From Methanolinea sp. (GTDB lineage Archaea > Halobacteriota > Methanomicrobia > Methanomicrobiales > Methanospirillaceae): 64,000 nucleotides of DNA. A model generated the notes under the pieces. The model did no database searches, was not told the DNA's origin, and saw only the letters and a list, made by a program, of their open reading frames with translations. The translations under genes and the position numbers were made by a program. The stretch's first letter is position 1. Each line of letters opens with the position of its first letter. The stretch is from assembly GCA_025453675.1 (NCBI GenBank), contig JALOPW010000002.1, forward strand, positions 17,913-81,912, read 5' to 3'. This document shows, piece after piece, positions 29,439 to 40,385 of this stretch.

Positions 29439-31369
29439 TCTTCAATGCCCTGATCCGGAGAAGGATCAAGCGTAATCCGCTGCGCTACCAGAGCCTCCAG
29501 GATAACCTCATCTCAGCCCGGGCAGGAGTGACACTTGAGCGTTACCTGGTCCGCTCCATCGAGACTGCTCTCCTTGCAGGCATCGGGTTTGCAGCCTTTG
29601 GATTCTGGGTGACCGGGTTACTCGCCTTCAGTGCCAAGACGGGCGGGTATATCCATCTCTACAATGTATTCAGTCTCCCTCTCCCGCAGGATCTGGACCC
29701 CACATCCCCCCATATTGTCATTGCCCAGATAGTGGCCGCATTGATCGCATTCCTGGCAGGATCGCTCTTCATTTACACCGTTGCCCGGAAATACCCCGGA
29801 TTACAGAGGGGCAACCGGGCGACCAAGATCAATCTCACCCTCCACAACGCCGTGGCCTACATGTTCGCCATGAGGAAAGGCGGGGCCCAGCTGATGACCA
29901 TCTTCAGGTCCCTCTCCGAGAACGCCAAGATCTACGGCGAGGTGGCCCTTGAGTTCAGGCAGGTGGTAAGGGATGCTGATTTTTTCGGGTATGACGTGGT
30001 CACTGCACTCCGTCACCTGATGGAGACCACTCCCTCGGAGAAGCTCAAGCAGTTCCTGGAGGACATGATCTCGGTGATAGAGAGCGGGGGGGACCTTGTG
30101 AGTTTCCTCTCCGGCAGGGTCCGGCTCTACCAGGAGGAGGCCAGGTTCGAGCAGAAGCAGTTTCTCCAGTTCCTCTCCCTGGTCGCCGAATCCTACGTAA
30201 CCCTCTTCGTGGCCGGACCACTCTTCCTGATCATCATCATGGTGGTGATGGGGATGATGGGAGGGGTGGCCATCCTGCAGCTGACCGCAGTGATCTACCT
30301 GGTCTTTCCCATCGGGTCTGCGGTTTTCATCCTGCTTATCGACATCATATCCCTCAAGACCGAGACGGTTGAGCGCTTTGTCAGGGCCAAGTGGCTGCAC
30401 GAATACAGCGATGTGAACGTCTACCACCGGGAGGGAGAGGAGCATTTCTTCACCCGCCTGGTTCATTATGACCGGGTAAGAAACGCACGGCAGTTCATAC
30501 GCCACCCGTTCGAGGCATTCCAGAAGAACTACAATCTGACACTCTTCATCACCGTTCCCCTGGCCCTCATCTATGTGGTTGCTGTCTTCTTTGTGGTACC
30601 CCAATATCAGGACATCGAGATCTATATCGACGTGGTGGATGACCACATCATGATGGCCCTGCTCATTGTCCTGCTGCCCTATGCCTTCTTCTTCGAGTTG
30701 TGGCGCCGGAACATACAGGGCATGGAATCCCTGATCCCAGAATTCCTTGACCGGATGGCAGGAATCAACCAGGTCGGCCTGACAATTGCCCAGGCCATCG
30801 GGATCATGGTGAATACCAACCTCGGGCTCCTCTCTTACGAAATTAAGCGTATCAAGCGTGATATCGACTGGGGTGCAAGTTTCTCCGACGCCCTCATACG
30901 GTTCGAGGACCGCATACGGACCCCCCTGATCGCCCGCACGGTGACCCTCATCACCAAGGCGAGCCAGATGAGCGGATCCATCGGGGACGTCCTTGCCATT
31001 GCGGCAAGTGATGCCAAGATGTCTGACCTTCTCAAGCGCGAGCGCCTCTCGGACATGTTCATTTACACTGCCATCATCTACCTCGCATTCGTCGTCTTTG
31101 TCTTCGTGGTCGCGGTGATATCAAACAACTTCATTCCAATTCTTGGCAGTGTCGACGCCGGGGGAATACCCCAGGGGACCGCCATCTCCAACGTCAGCGC
31201 CTCCTCTGTCAAAGCCATCCTGCGGCTGATGTTCCATTCGGTGGTCCTACAGGCACTCCTCTCGGGTCTCATCGCAGGGCAGATGGGGGAGGGGTCCCTG
31301 AAGGCCGGTATCAAGCATTCCTGTATCATGATGATCATCGCCCTGGTGATCTTCAATCTCTTTCTCTAA
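29435..31369 (+). CDS. Type II secretion F-domain (PilC/TadC/FlaJ-like) membrane platform with two T2SSF domains
   Basis: TPS..L..FL......SGG, L.YE......WG.S...AL..F..RI; ATGA-coupled to the ATPase. Confidence 0.88.
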   Translation: MIFNALIRRRIKRNPLRYQSLQDNLISARAGVTLERYLVRSIETALLAGIGFAAFGFWVTGLLAFSAKTGGYIHLYNVFSLPLPQDLDPTSPHIVIAQIVAALIAFLAGSLFIYTVARKYPGLQRGNRATKINLTLHNAVAYMFAMRKGGAQLMTIFRSLSENAKIYGEVALEFRQVVRDADFFGYDVVTALRHLMETTPSEKLKQFLEDMISVIESGGDLVSFLSGRVRLYQEEARFEQKQFLQFLSLVAESYVTLFVAGPLFLIIIMVVMGMMGGVAILQLTAVIYLVFPIGSAVFILLIDIISLKTETVERFVRAKWLHEYSDVNVYHREGEEHFFTRLVHYDRVRNARQFIRHPFEAFQKNYNLTLFITVPLALIYVVAVFFVVPQYQDIEIYIDVVDDHIMMALLIVLLPYAFFFELWRRNIQGMESLIPEFLDRMAGINQVGLTIAQAIGIMVNTNLGLLSYEIKRIKRDIDWGASFSDALIRFEDRIRTPLIARTVTLITKASQMSGSIGDVLAIAASDAKMSDLLKRERLSDMFIYTAIIYLAFVVFVFVVAVISNNFIPILGSVDAGGIPQGTAISNVSASSVKAILRLMFHSVVLQALLSGLIAGQMGEGSLKAGIKHSCIMMIIALVIFNLFL

Positions 31370-31387
31370 AAAGAGGGGGAGCAGAAA

Positions 31388-31864
31388 ATGTCTGAGAAGA
31401 GAATCCAGGTTCCGGAAGACCATCTCCTGTTGATGGAAGGGGACTCATCATTTGTACTCACAGGGCAGGCTGGATCCCGCTTCCCACTCTGTATCGAGAC
31501 GTTCGAAGAGGAGTATTGCCAGACACTCGAACCCCATCACCTGGTGGCGGTCTCTGCTCCCGAAGGGGGATCGCTCCAGGCCGCCTGGATGCTCCTGGAA
31601 CTGGTGAGGAGCCACCGCCTTCCCCTCATGGTGATGCCCCGCAATCATCCCGGTTCCCGCCGACTCCGGTATGTAGTATCGGTAGGGGAAGAGATATTCC
31701 TCTCGTGCACAATAGAGCGGGGAACGCACCCGGAGCAGCACCTCCTCTGCTCGTCGCCGGAACTGGGCGGAACCCGCATTCTCGGCACACCGTCCGGTAT
31801 TCTGATAAGGGATCTGCCAGATGACGTGAAATTAGAGATCATTTCGACACTTCCCCTGCAGTGA
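31388..31864 (+). CDS. Conserved hypothetical protein
   Basis: 158-aa ORF with purine-rich RBS; HPGS and RGTHPEQH..C motifs; no function recognised. Confidence 0.6.
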   Translation: MSEKRIQVPEDHLLLMEGDSSFVLTGQAGSRFPLCIETFEEEYCQTLEPHHLVAVSAPEGGSLQAAWMLLELVRSHRLPLMVMPRNHPGSRRLRYVVSVGEEIFLSCTIERGTHPEQHLLCSSPELGGTRILGTPSGILIRDLPDDVKLEIISTLPLQ

Positions 31865-32083
31865 ATATGGTGCAGGGGGAAGAGCCCGGATTCCTGCCCC
31901 AGGTCATGGAATAAAACTGGTCCATCCACCCTCCCTCCGATAGTGCAATCTTCCTGATATATCAAGAGATTGAGCCCTGATTTTCCCTTCTCCCATTATA
32001 ACACTCTTGTTGGTCCAAAAAAATATCAACAGATATAAGAACAATTCCGGTCTAACATTTCAGTGCCGTGAGAGGAGGGTTGG

Positions 32084-32413
32084 ATGAAGACTGAGGTTTT
32101 GAAGAACATCAAAGCGACAGAATCAGAGTACCAGAAGACGATCAGCGAGGCTCTGGCCGAAAAGAAGCGGAACAGTGCGAATGCTGAACTTGAGGCCGAC
32201 AACCTGATCATGAAAGCAACTCACGATGCCGAGGAGTACAAAAAAGCCAGGATGGCTGAGGCACGGGTGAATGCTGATAAGAGACACGGTGAGATTCTGG
32301 AGGCAGGGAAACAACGCGCTGCCGAACTGAAAGAGCGTGGCACACGCAATCTCGGCAAAGCAGTTGACCTCCTGGTGTCGCGATTCAAGGAGCGGCTCCA
32401 TGTTCACTCCTGA
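32084..32413 (+). CDS. atpH: A1Ao ATP synthase subunit H (G)
   Basis: Charged coiled coil; GAGGAGG RBS; first gene of operon. Confidence 0.85.
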   Translation: MKTEVLKNIKATESEYQKTISEALAEKKRNSANAELEADNLIMKATHDAEEYKKARMAEARVNADKRHGEILEAGKQRAAELKERGTRNLGKAVDLLVSRFKERLHVHS

Positions 32414-34370
32414 AGGAATGACCCGTGTCCTGATCGCGGCCACCAAATCACAGATGGAACCGGTTATCCGGGAGATGTACCGGCAGCACCTGTTTCATAT
32501 CGAAGAATTCGTGGAGAAAGACAAGAAAGAGTATGAGGGGTACCGGATCGGCACCCCCCTCCCTCAGGCGAATGAGACATCCCGCGAATTGCTTCGGCTC
32601 CGGGGCATCAACAATGCGTTCATGATCCGTGACGAAGAGGAGGAGACAGGAGAGAGACGGAAACATGCACAGCTTACGGAACTGATCGAGCGGGAACTTC
32701 CCCCCCTGGAACAGGAGGTCGAGGATCTCCTTTCCCGGAGATCCAGGCTTGATTCGCAGATCAAGGAGTATGAACAGAAGATCGACGGATTAAAGCCTTT
32801 CAACAGCGTTCCTTTCGACCTCGAACTCCTTCGCGATTACCAGACGTTCTCTGTCTTCTGCGGATACATCTCCCGGGACCTGTCCCTGGATATTCCCCAC
32901 GAGATCTTCACCACCGAATCGAAGAAGGAGAGATTCATCGTCCTCGTGGTATCGAACCAGCATCGCAGCATTGCAGAGCATGCCCTCCAGAACGCCCAGT
33001 TCCAGGCCGTCCCATTACCTGAGGAGACGGGGCCGGCCACGAACCGGATAGGGTATTATGAGGGGCAGGTACTCTCGGTGAAGGGTGAATTCGAAGAGAT
33101 TAACCGCCGGTTGGAAGAGATCAAGAAGCAGCACAAGGCCTTTTTCCTGGCCTGCAATGAACTCCTCACTTCGGACGTGGAGATGGCCGAGGCCCCGCTC
33201 CGTTTTGCGACAACCGGTGAATCCTTCATCGTCGAGGGCTGGGTCCCGACCAAAGAACTGGATACATTCCGTCAGGGCATCCATTATGCAACAGGAGGAA
33301 AGGTCTATGTGTATGAGTTAGACCAATCCGAAGTGGAGGATGTCGCCCCCACGGAGTATCACAATGTGAGTTTTGCCAAGCCGACCGAGCTGCTGATGGA
33401 TACCTACTCCAGGCCGCGATACAGCGAACTTGATCCCACGCTGCTCGTCTCGATTATCTTCCCGATTTTCTTCGGGATCATCCTCGGTGACGTGGGATAT
33501 GGTATCATTCTCCTGGTCCTTAGCCTTGGACTCCGGAAATTTATCACCGGCGACGAGGGGAAAAGGCTCCTCAATGTCCTTCGGAACGCCAGCATATCAA
33601 GCATCATATTCGGTATCCTTTTCAGCGAGTGTTTCGGATTTGCACTCCCCTGGAGTTCCATCCTGTTCTCCAGGCACCTGAATATCGGCGGACACGCGGG
33701 CGGCCATGGCCCTGATGTGACCTCCCTTATGATGATGGCTATCTGGATCGGGATACTGCAGATCACGCTCGGTCGAATGCTCGGAATGGCCAACCATGCC
33801 AGGCAGGACCATGGTTCCCACCGCATAAAGGCGGTAATGGCAAACCTTGGGTGGATCATGGTGCTCTGGGGCATCTTATTCATGCTCTGGGCAGCATTTC
33901 CTATGCCCCTGATGCCCGATTTCACCGAATTGCCCGGGGTAGTGATGGGACTGAACCTCTCATCGATCCTCGGGATAGTCCTGATACTCCTTGGTGTCAT
34001 CTTCATCGTGCGTGATTCCGCCCTTGAGATCGTGGAATTGCCCACCATCCTGAGCCATACACTATCGTATGCCCGTCTCGTCGGAGTGGGACTCTCATCT
34101 GTGGCAATCGCCATGGTGGTGAATTTCATCGCTATCGGCCTGATCATCGAACCCCAACTGGAGTCACTGACTGCATTCGGGGTGATCGTCATCATCATGG
34201 GTGCGCTGGTCTTTGTCATCGGGCATCTCCTGAACACCATCCTCGGGATGCTCGGTGGAGGGCTTCAGTCCCTCAGGTTACAGTATGTCGAATTCTTCAC
34301 CAAGTTCTACAAAGGTGGAGGCAAGAAATACACCCCCTTCGGGATGAAAAAGAGATTTTTGGAGGATTAA
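32400..34370 (+). CDS. atpI: A1Ao ATP synthase subunit I (a)
   Basis: PRYSELDPT, GDVGYG, LSYARL, LRLQYVEFFTKFY; start ATG 32400. Confidence 0.95.
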   Translation: MFTPEGMTRVLIAATKSQMEPVIREMYRQHLFHIEEFVEKDKKEYEGYRIGTPLPQANETSRELLRLRGINNAFMIRDEEEETGERRKHAQLTELIERELPPLEQEVEDLLSRRSRLDSQIKEYEQKIDGLKPFNSVPFDLELLRDYQTFSVFCGYISRDLSLDIPHEIFTTESKKERFIVLVVSNQHRSIAEHALQNAQFQAVPLPEETGPATNRIGYYEGQVLSVKGEFEEINRRLEEIKKQHKAFFLACNELLTSDVEMAEAPLRFATTGESFIVEGWVPTKELDTFRQGIHYATGGKVYVYELDQSEVEDVAPTEYHNVSFAKPTELLMDTYSRPRYSELDPTLLVSIIFPIFFGIILGDVGYGIILLVLSLGLRKFITGDEGKRLLNVLRNASISSIIFGILFSECFGFALPWSSILFSRHLNIGGHAGGHGPDVTSLMMMAIWIGILQITLGRMLGMANHARQDHGSHRIKAVMANLGWIMVLWGILFMLWAAFPMPLMPDFTELPGVVMGLNLSSILGIVLILLGVIFIVRDSALEIVELPTILSHTLSYARLVGVGLSSVAIAMVVNFIAIGLIIEPQLESLTAFGVIVIIMGALVFVIGHLLNTILGMLGGGLQSLRLQYVEFFTKFYKGGGKKYTPFGMKKRFLED

Positions 34371-34371
34371 A

Positions 34372-34641
34372 ATGGCAGATGCAGCAACAGCAGTAGCAAC
34401 AACCGAAATGACAGTGGAAATGATCAAGGCATCACAGATTGGAATGAAAGCACTCGGCGCAAGTATCGCTGTCGGTTCCACTGGTATCGCGACTGGACTC
34501 GCTGAGATGGCTATCGGATCCGCAGCAGTGGGCGCCACGGCCGAGAACAAGGATGTTTTTGGACTGGTGCTTCTTCTGACTGTTATTCCTGAGACTATCG
34601 TGATCTTCGGTCTCGTGGTCGCGCTCCTATTATTATTCTAG
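34372..34641 (+). CDS. atpK: A1Ao ATP synthase proteolipid subunit K (c), single hairpin
   Basis: IGSAAVGATAEN, IPETIVIFGL with catalytic Glu. Confidence 0.95.
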   Translation: MADAATAVATTEMTVEMIKASQIGMKALGASIAVGSTGIATGLAEMAIGSAAVGATAENKDVFGLVLLLTVIPETIVIFGLVVALLLLF

Positions 34642-34651
34642 GGAGCTGACC

Positions 34652-35230
34652 ATGGGATTGGAGACAGTCCTTGCAGAAATCCGTGAGAAAGGGCAGCGGG
34701 AAGTGCAGAGGTTAAGGAGCGAGAGCCAGCAGGAGACCACCAGGGTGCTCTCGGCTGCACAGGAGCGTGCAGGGAAAATCAAGCAGGTTGCCAGCGACGA
34801 GGCCGACAAGCAGACGGGTTACATCCTCTCACAGGAGATCTCGGCTGCCAATCTCCTGGTCAAACGGGAGCTTCTGAATACCCAGAAGGAACTCCTGGAC
34901 CAGGTCTACCAGAAAGCCCTTATCTCAATTTCGGGTTTGCCCGAAAGTTTCCATGGGGATGCGATTACCCGCCTTCTCTTCGAGGCTAAAACGCAGATTC
35001 CCGAGGGAATCGTTCGCGTGAACCGGCGTGACCGGAAGATCCTTGAACAGGTCATCTCGGGCAATCCCGAGTTCAAGGTATTCTCTGTGGGAGCGGATGC
35101 GGATATCGAAGGGGGCGTTATTGTCGAGAGCAGGGACGGGACTCTGCAGCTTGATCTCAGTTATCGGACATTCCTCGATATGATCTGGGAATCGGGACTC
35201 AAAGATGCATCAGACTTGCTCTTCAAATAA
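34652..35230 (+). CDS. atpE: A1Ao ATP synthase subunit E
   Basis: MGLETVL..I, GGVIVES.DG...D.SY; operon position. Confidence 0.92.
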   Translation: MGLETVLAEIREKGQREVQRLRSESQQETTRVLSAAQERAGKIKQVASDEADKQTGYILSQEISAANLLVKRELLNTQKELLDQVYQKALISISGLPESFHGDAITRLLFEAKTQIPEGIVRVNRRDRKILEQVISGNPEFKVFSVGADADIEGGVIVESRDGTLQLDLSYRTFLDMIWESGLKDASDLLFK

Positions 35231-35242
35231 TGGGAGGGTTTT

Positions 35243-36298
35243 ATGGCAGAAGTGAGAGGTGGTCCCGTACCATACATTTATGTCTGTACCAGGATGCGGG
35301 TGCGAAAGTCCAAGCTCATTCCCCGCGAGGAGTACTTGCGGATGCTGAACATGGGGCTTTCAGAGATCACCCGGTTCATCGAAGAGACCCAGTATAAAAA
35401 GGAGATTGATGAACTCGCCACTGTGTTCCATGGTATCGACCTCATTGAGATCGCGCTCAGCTGGAACCTGGCAAAGGAGTATCAGAATATCCAGAAGATA
35501 ACTCCCGGAACTCTGAAAGACCTGACCAGGGCTTACCTTCGTCGATGGGATATCCAGAACATCCTCACTATCATCAGGGGGAAACTTCACAATGAGCGGC
35601 CAGGGAAGATCAAGGAGGTTCTCGTTCCTGCTGGGGAACTTGACAAAGCATTCCTCGACCGCATGATCGAGGAGCCTACACCCGAGCGGATTATCGAGAG
35701 CCTGAAAGGCAAGGCGGAATATCCGCTCCTCTCCAGGTTGTTCGAAGGCGGGGTCAGGGAGGAACTTCTGCCGAAAGCGGAGAACGAGCTCTACAAGCAG
35801 TTCTATGCCGATCTCATCGCGATGGCCAGAAGCGGTATCAAGGGTGGACGACAGTTCCTGAACTACATTACCTTTGATATCGACATCACCAACATCCGTA
35901 ACATGTTCAGGTTCCGGGCCGACCAGTCCAGTGAGGATATCACTATAGCGATTATCCCCGATGGGACAATCCCCCCTCACGAGATAAAAAGGATTATGCA
36001 AATCAGGGACCAAAATGAGTTCATTGACGAGCTGGTTCGCCTTGTTCGGGTCAGGGTTCTCCTTGATTTGCTGGAGACACTTCGAAAGGAGAAGTCAATT
36101 CGCGAGATCGAGATCGATCTGATCAAAGTCCAGCTGGCCGAGATGGAGACGATGTCCAAACTGCATCCGTTCTCCATCCATCCCATCCTTGCCTACCTGG
36201 AGATGAAAAAGTATGAGATCTTCAATCTCCGTGCCCTGGCACGAGGGAAAGAATCGAATCTCTCTTCCGACAGGATCAAAGGGTACCTGGTGATGTAA
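35243..36298 (+). CDS. atpC: A1Ao ATP synthase subunit C
   Basis: [34 protein letters not shown]. Confidence 0.93.
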   Translation: MAEVRGGPVPYIYVCTRMRVRKSKLIPREEYLRMLNMGLSEITRFIEETQYKKEIDELATVFHGIDLIEIALSWNLAKEYQNIQKITPGTLKDLTRAYLRRWDIQNILTIIRGKLHNERPGKIKEVLVPAGELDKAFLDRMIEEPTPERIIESLKGKAEYPLLSRLFEGGVREELLPKAENELYKQFYADLIAMARSGIKGGRQFLNYITFDIDITNIRNMFRFRADQSSEDITIAIIPDGTIPPHEIKRIMQIRDQNEFIDELVRLVRVRVLLDLLETLRKEKSIREIEIDLIKVQLAEMETMSKLHPFSIHPILAYLEMKKYEIFNLRALARGKESNLSSDRIKGYLVM

Positions 36299-36600
36299 TG
36301 GAGATCGCAGTCATTGGAAACCAGGAGTTCATCCTTGGCTTCAGGCTCGCCGGCATACGCAAGACCTTCCCTGTAGAGAGCGATGAGAGACTCGTGGAAC
36401 ATATCAACCGTGCCCTTGAAGATCCCGAGGTGGGGATCCTGGTGCTGCAGAGCGGGGACTTAAAGAAGATACCCAGGCGCCTGCAGATGACCCTGGAGGA
36501 GTCGGTGAAGCCTACGGTGATCACCATCGGGGCAGAGGAGGGGGGATTGACCATGAGGGAGAGAATTAAGCGTTCAGTGGGTGTTGACCTGTGGAAGTGA
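36298..36600 (+). CDS. atpF: A1Ao ATP synthase subunit F
   Basis: [26 protein letters not shown]. Confidence 0.95.
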   Translation: MEIAVIGNQEFILGFRLAGIRKTFPVESDERLVEHINRALEDPEVGILVLQSGDLKKIPRRLQMTLEESVKPTVITIGAEEGGLTMRERIKRSVGVDLWK

Positions 36601-38357
36601 AGACAGAGAAGACAAAAAGTGATACAGCAGGAGTTCTGAAAAGAATTGCCGGTCCTGTGGTCACCGCCGTGGGAATTAATGCCCACATGTACGATGTGGT
36701 GAAGGTCGGCAAAGAAGAGCTCATGGGAGAAGTGATCAAGATCCAGGGAGAGAACATCATCATCCAGGTGTATGAGGATACTTCAGGTATCAGACCCGGT
36801 GAGCCGGTGACCAATACCGGGCTCTCCCTGGCGGTGGAACTCGGGCCGGGACTGCTGACCAGTATTTATGACGGTATCCAGCGTCCCCTCTCCGTGCTGG
36901 TGGACAAGATGGGAGATTTCATCCAGCGGGGAGTCTCTGCCCCGGGGCTCGATCATGCCAAAAAGTGGGAGTTCAAGCCCCTGGTAAGGGAAGGGGCGAA
37001 AGTCTCACCGGGAAGCATCATCGGGGAGGTTCAGGAGACCAATATTGTGCACCGCATCATGATCCCGCCCAACATGAAGGGCGGCACGGTGCAGAGCATA
37101 AAGGCTGGATCCTTCACGGTCGACGAGGTGATCTGTACTCTCGACAACGGAACCCAGGTCTCCATGATGCAGAAATGGCCGGTCCGTGTTCCAAGGCCGG
37201 TGAACGAGAAGATGAACCCGACTGTCCCCCTGATCACCGGGCAGCGTATCCTGGACGGGTTGTTCCCCATTGCAAAGGGGGGGACAGCCGCCATTCCGGG
37301 ACCATTCGGGAGTGGAAAGACTGTCACCCAGCAGCAACTCGCAAAGTGGAGCGATGCGGAGATAGTGGTCTACATCGGGTGCGGAGAGCGCGGCAACGAG
37401 ATGACAGAGGTGCTGACCGAGTTCCCCGAGCTCGAGGACCCGAAGACCGGCAAACCCCTGATGGAGCGGACCGTGCTGATCGCCAATACCAGCAACATGC
37501 CTGTGGCCGCACGTGAGGCATCAGTATACACCGGTATCACCATCGCCGAGTATTTCAGGGATATGGGGTACGACGTCTCCCTCATGGCCGACTCCACCTC
37601 CCGGTGGGCAGAAGCTATGCGTGAGATCTCGTCCCGTCTTGAGGAGATGCCGGGAGAAGAAGGCTATCCCGCCTACCTGGCAGCCCGCCTCTCGGAGTTC
37701 TACGAGAGGGCAGGAAGGGTGAAAACCCTTGGAGGGAGCATGGGATCGGTATCGGTCATTGGAGCCGTCTCGCCTCCTGGTGGGGACTTCTCCGAGCCCG
37801 TCACCCAGAATACGCTCCGTATCGTGAAGGTTTTCTGGGCGCTCGACGCCAAGCTCTCGCAGCGCAGGCACTTCCCGGCCATCAACTGGCTCAACTCCTA
37901 CTCGCTCTATCTCGACAGCCTGCATGACTGGTACGACAAGGAGGTCTCACCAGAATGGAACACCATCCGTTCCTGGGCCATGGAGATCCTCCAGAAAGAG
38001 GCGGAACTACAGGAGATCGTGCAGCTGGTGGGATCCGATGCCCTGCCCGAGGCAGAGCAGATCACCATCGAGGTGGCAAGGATGATCCGCGAGATCTTCC
38101 TGCAGCAGAACGCCTACGACGCGGTGGACACCTTCTGCGACATGAAGAAGCAGTACGACATGATGAAGGCAATCCGGCAGTACTCGGACCTGGCCTACGC
38201 CGCCCAGAGTGCAGGGGTGACCCCCCAGCAGATCGTGACAATCAAGTCCAAGAATGACCTGCCCCAGATCAAGTTCATCAAGGACTACACACCTGCACTG
38301 CAGAAGATCCTGAGTGAAATGGAAGCAGAATTCAACGCACTGAGGTCGTCGGCATGA
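36591..38357 (+). CDS. atpA: A1Ao ATP synthase subunit A
   Basis: [26 protein letters not shown]; no intein. Confidence 0.97.
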   Translation: MEVKTEKTKSDTAGVLKRIAGPVVTAVGINAHMYDVVKVGKEELMGEVIKIQGENIIIQVYEDTSGIRPGEPVTNTGLSLAVELGPGLLTSIYDGIQRPLSVLVDKMGDFIQRGVSAPGLDHAKKWEFKPLVREGAKVSPGSIIGEVQETNIVHRIMIPPNMKGGTVQSIKAGSFTVDEVICTLDNGTQVSMMQKWPVRVPRPVNEKMNPTVPLITGQRILDGLFPIAKGGTAAIPGPFGSGKTVTQQQLAKWSDAEIVVYIGCGERGNEMTEVLTEFPELEDPKTGKPLMERTVLIANTSNMPVAAREASVYTGITIAEYFRDMGYDVSLMADSTSRWAEAMREISSRLEEMPGEEGYPAYLAARLSEFYERAGRVKTLGGSMGSVSVIGAVSPPGGDFSEPVTQNTLRIVKVFWALDAKLSQRRHFPAINWLNSYSLYLDSLHDWYDKEVSPEWNTIRSWAMEILQKEAELQEIVQLVGSDALPEAEQITIEVARMIREIFLQQNAYDAVDTFCDMKKQYDMMKAIRQYSDLAYAAQSAGVTPQQIVTIKSKNDLPQIKFIKDYTPALQKILSEMEAEFNALRSSA

Positions 38358-39745
38358 AAGAATACAGAACCATTACCCAGATCGCCGGTCCCCTGGTCTT
38401 TGTAGAGAAGACAGAACCGGTAGGGTACGGTGAACTGGTCAACATCGTGCTCTTTGACGGCTCCATCAAGCGGGGTCAGGTGCTGGATACGAGTGACGAC
38501 CTGGTAGTGGTCCAGGTCTTCGAGACCACCGCAGGGATTGGACGGGACAGCGGGATCCGCTTCACCGGCGAGACCATCAAGATGCCGGTCGGGCGGGATA
38601 TGCTGGGCCGCATCCTCTCCGGAGGGGGGAAACCGATCGATGGCGGGCCCGAGATCGTGCCCGAGAAACGCCTGGACATCACCGGTGCGGCCATCAATCC
38701 CTACGCCAGGGGTTCCCCAAACGACTTTATCCAGACCGGCATCTCCACCATCGACGGGACCAACACCCTTGTCCGTGGGCAGAAACTCCCCATCTTCTCT
38801 GGTGCAGGTCTCCCCCACAACCAGATCGCACTCCAGATTGCAAGGCAGTCCAAGGTTCCCGGGTCGAAGGAGGCCTTCGCCGTGGTCTTTGCGGCCATGG
38901 GGATCACCAAGGAAGAGGCTAACTACTTCATGCAGGACTTCGAGAGGACCGGGGCTCTCGAGCGTGCAGTGGTCTTCCTGAACCTTGCAGATGACCCGGC
39001 CGTGGAGCGGATCATCACACCGCGCCTCGCACTCACCACCGCCGAGTACCTGGCATTCGATCTCGGCATGCACGTGCTCGTCATCCTGACGGACATGACC
39101 AATTACTGCGAGGCGCTCCGGCAGATCGGTGCAGCCCGTGAAGAAGTGCCCGGACGGCGCGGGTATCCCGGGTACATGTATACAGACCTTGCCGGCATCT
39201 ACGAGCGGGCCGGAATCGTGAAGGGAAAACAGGGATCCATCACCCAGTTCCCGATCCTCACCATGCCTGGTGACGATATCACCCACCCCATCCCGGACCT
39301 GACCGGGTATATTACCGAGGGGCAGATCGTGGTCAGCAGGGAACTGCACCGGAAGGGCATCTACCCGCCCATCAACGTGCTGCCATCCCTGTCCCGTCTG
39401 ATGAACCTCGGGATAGGCAAAGGGCATACCCGTGAGGACCACAAGAAGGTCTCTGACCAGATGTACGCCGCCTATGCCGAGGGCAACGACCTTCGCGGCC
39501 TGGTGGCAATCGTGGGGAAGGACGCACTTTCAGAGCGTGACCGGATGTTCCTGGAGTTCGCAGACCTCTTCGAGAACCGGTTTGTCAGGCAGGGATACAG
39601 CGAAGACCGAACCATCGAAGAGACCCTGGATATCGGTTGGAATCTCCTCTCCACGCTGCCGGTTGAGCAGCTGGTGCGTATCGACCGCGACCTGATCAAC
39701 AAGTACCACCCCAAGTTCAGGCAGGCCGGTAAGGCTGAGGGGTAA
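38354..39745 (+). CDS. atpB: A1Ao ATP synthase subunit B
   Basis: [35 protein letters not shown]. Confidence 0.97.
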   Translation: MKEYRTITQIAGPLVFVEKTEPVGYGELVNIVLFDGSIKRGQVLDTSDDLVVVQVFETTAGIGRDSGIRFTGETIKMPVGRDMLGRILSGGGKPIDGGPEIVPEKRLDITGAAINPYARGSPNDFIQTGISTIDGTNTLVRGQKLPIFSGAGLPHNQIALQIARQSKVPGSKEAFAVVFAAMGITKEEANYFMQDFERTGALERAVVFLNLADDPAVERIITPRLALTTAEYLAFDLGMHVLVILTDMTNYCEALRQIGAAREEVPGRRGYPGYMYTDLAGIYERAGIVKGKQGSITQFPILTMPGDDITHPIPDLTGYITEGQIVVSRELHRKGIYPPINVLPSLSRLMNLGIGKGHTREDHKKVSDQMYAAYAEGNDLRGLVAIVGKDALSERDRMFLEFADLFENRFVRQGYSEDRTIEETLDIGWNLLSTLPVEQLVRIDRDLINKYHPKFRQAGKAEG

Positions 39746-39751
39746 GGAACC

Positions 39752-40378
39752 ATGGCACTCCGAGACATCAAGCCCACCCGGTCAGAACTGATCAACCTCA
39801 AGAAGAGGATCGCCCTCTCGGAGAGAGGGTACAAGATTCTCAAGATGAAGAGGGACGGGCTTATCCTGGAGTTCTTCAAGGTGCTTGAACAGGCGAAAGA
39901 TACCCGTGATGATCTCCAGGACCGGTATGAAAGAGCCCAGGCCATGATGGCAGTGGCAAACACGGTGGAAGGGGCAATCGGAGTCAAGGCCGCGGCATTT
40001 TCCGTCCAGGAGGTGCCGGATATCAAGCTGGCCAGCAAAAACATCATGGGCGTGGTAGTCCCGGAGATCGAATCCTCGAAAGTGCGAAAAGGCCTTATGG
40101 AGAGGGGATACGGAATACTGGGGACCACCTCGGTCATCGATGAGACCGCACTGTCATTTGAGGAGCTGGTGGAGTCGATCATCCGCAGCGCCGAGGTGGA
40201 GACCACTATGAAGAAACTCCTGGACGAGATAGAGTCCACCAAGCGGCGGGTGAACGCCCTGGAGTTCAAGGTCATCCCCGAGATGACCGCGGCCCGGGAC
40301 TTCATCAAGATGCGTCTTGATGAGATGGAGAGAGAGGAACTCTTCCGCTTGAAGAAGATCAAGGCCAGGAACATGTAA
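39752..40378 (+). CDS. atpD: A1Ao ATP synthase subunit D
   Basis: PTRSEL, LKMKRDGL, TKRRVNALE. Confidence 0.96.
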   Translation: MALRDIKPTRSELINLKKRIALSERGYKILKMKRDGLILEFFKVLEQAKDTRDDLQDRYERAQAMMAVANTVEGAIGVKAAAFSVQEVPDIKLASKNIMGVVVPEIESSKVRKGLMERGYGILGTTSVIDETALSFEELVESIIRSAEVETTMKKLLDEIESTKRRVNALEFKVIPEMTAARDFIKMRLDEMEREELFRLKKIKARNM

Positions 40379-40385
40379 CGGGGGG

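Noticed and set aside
36591..38357. Inteins in atpA or lonB
   Set aside because: Both have normal length and continuous motifs.
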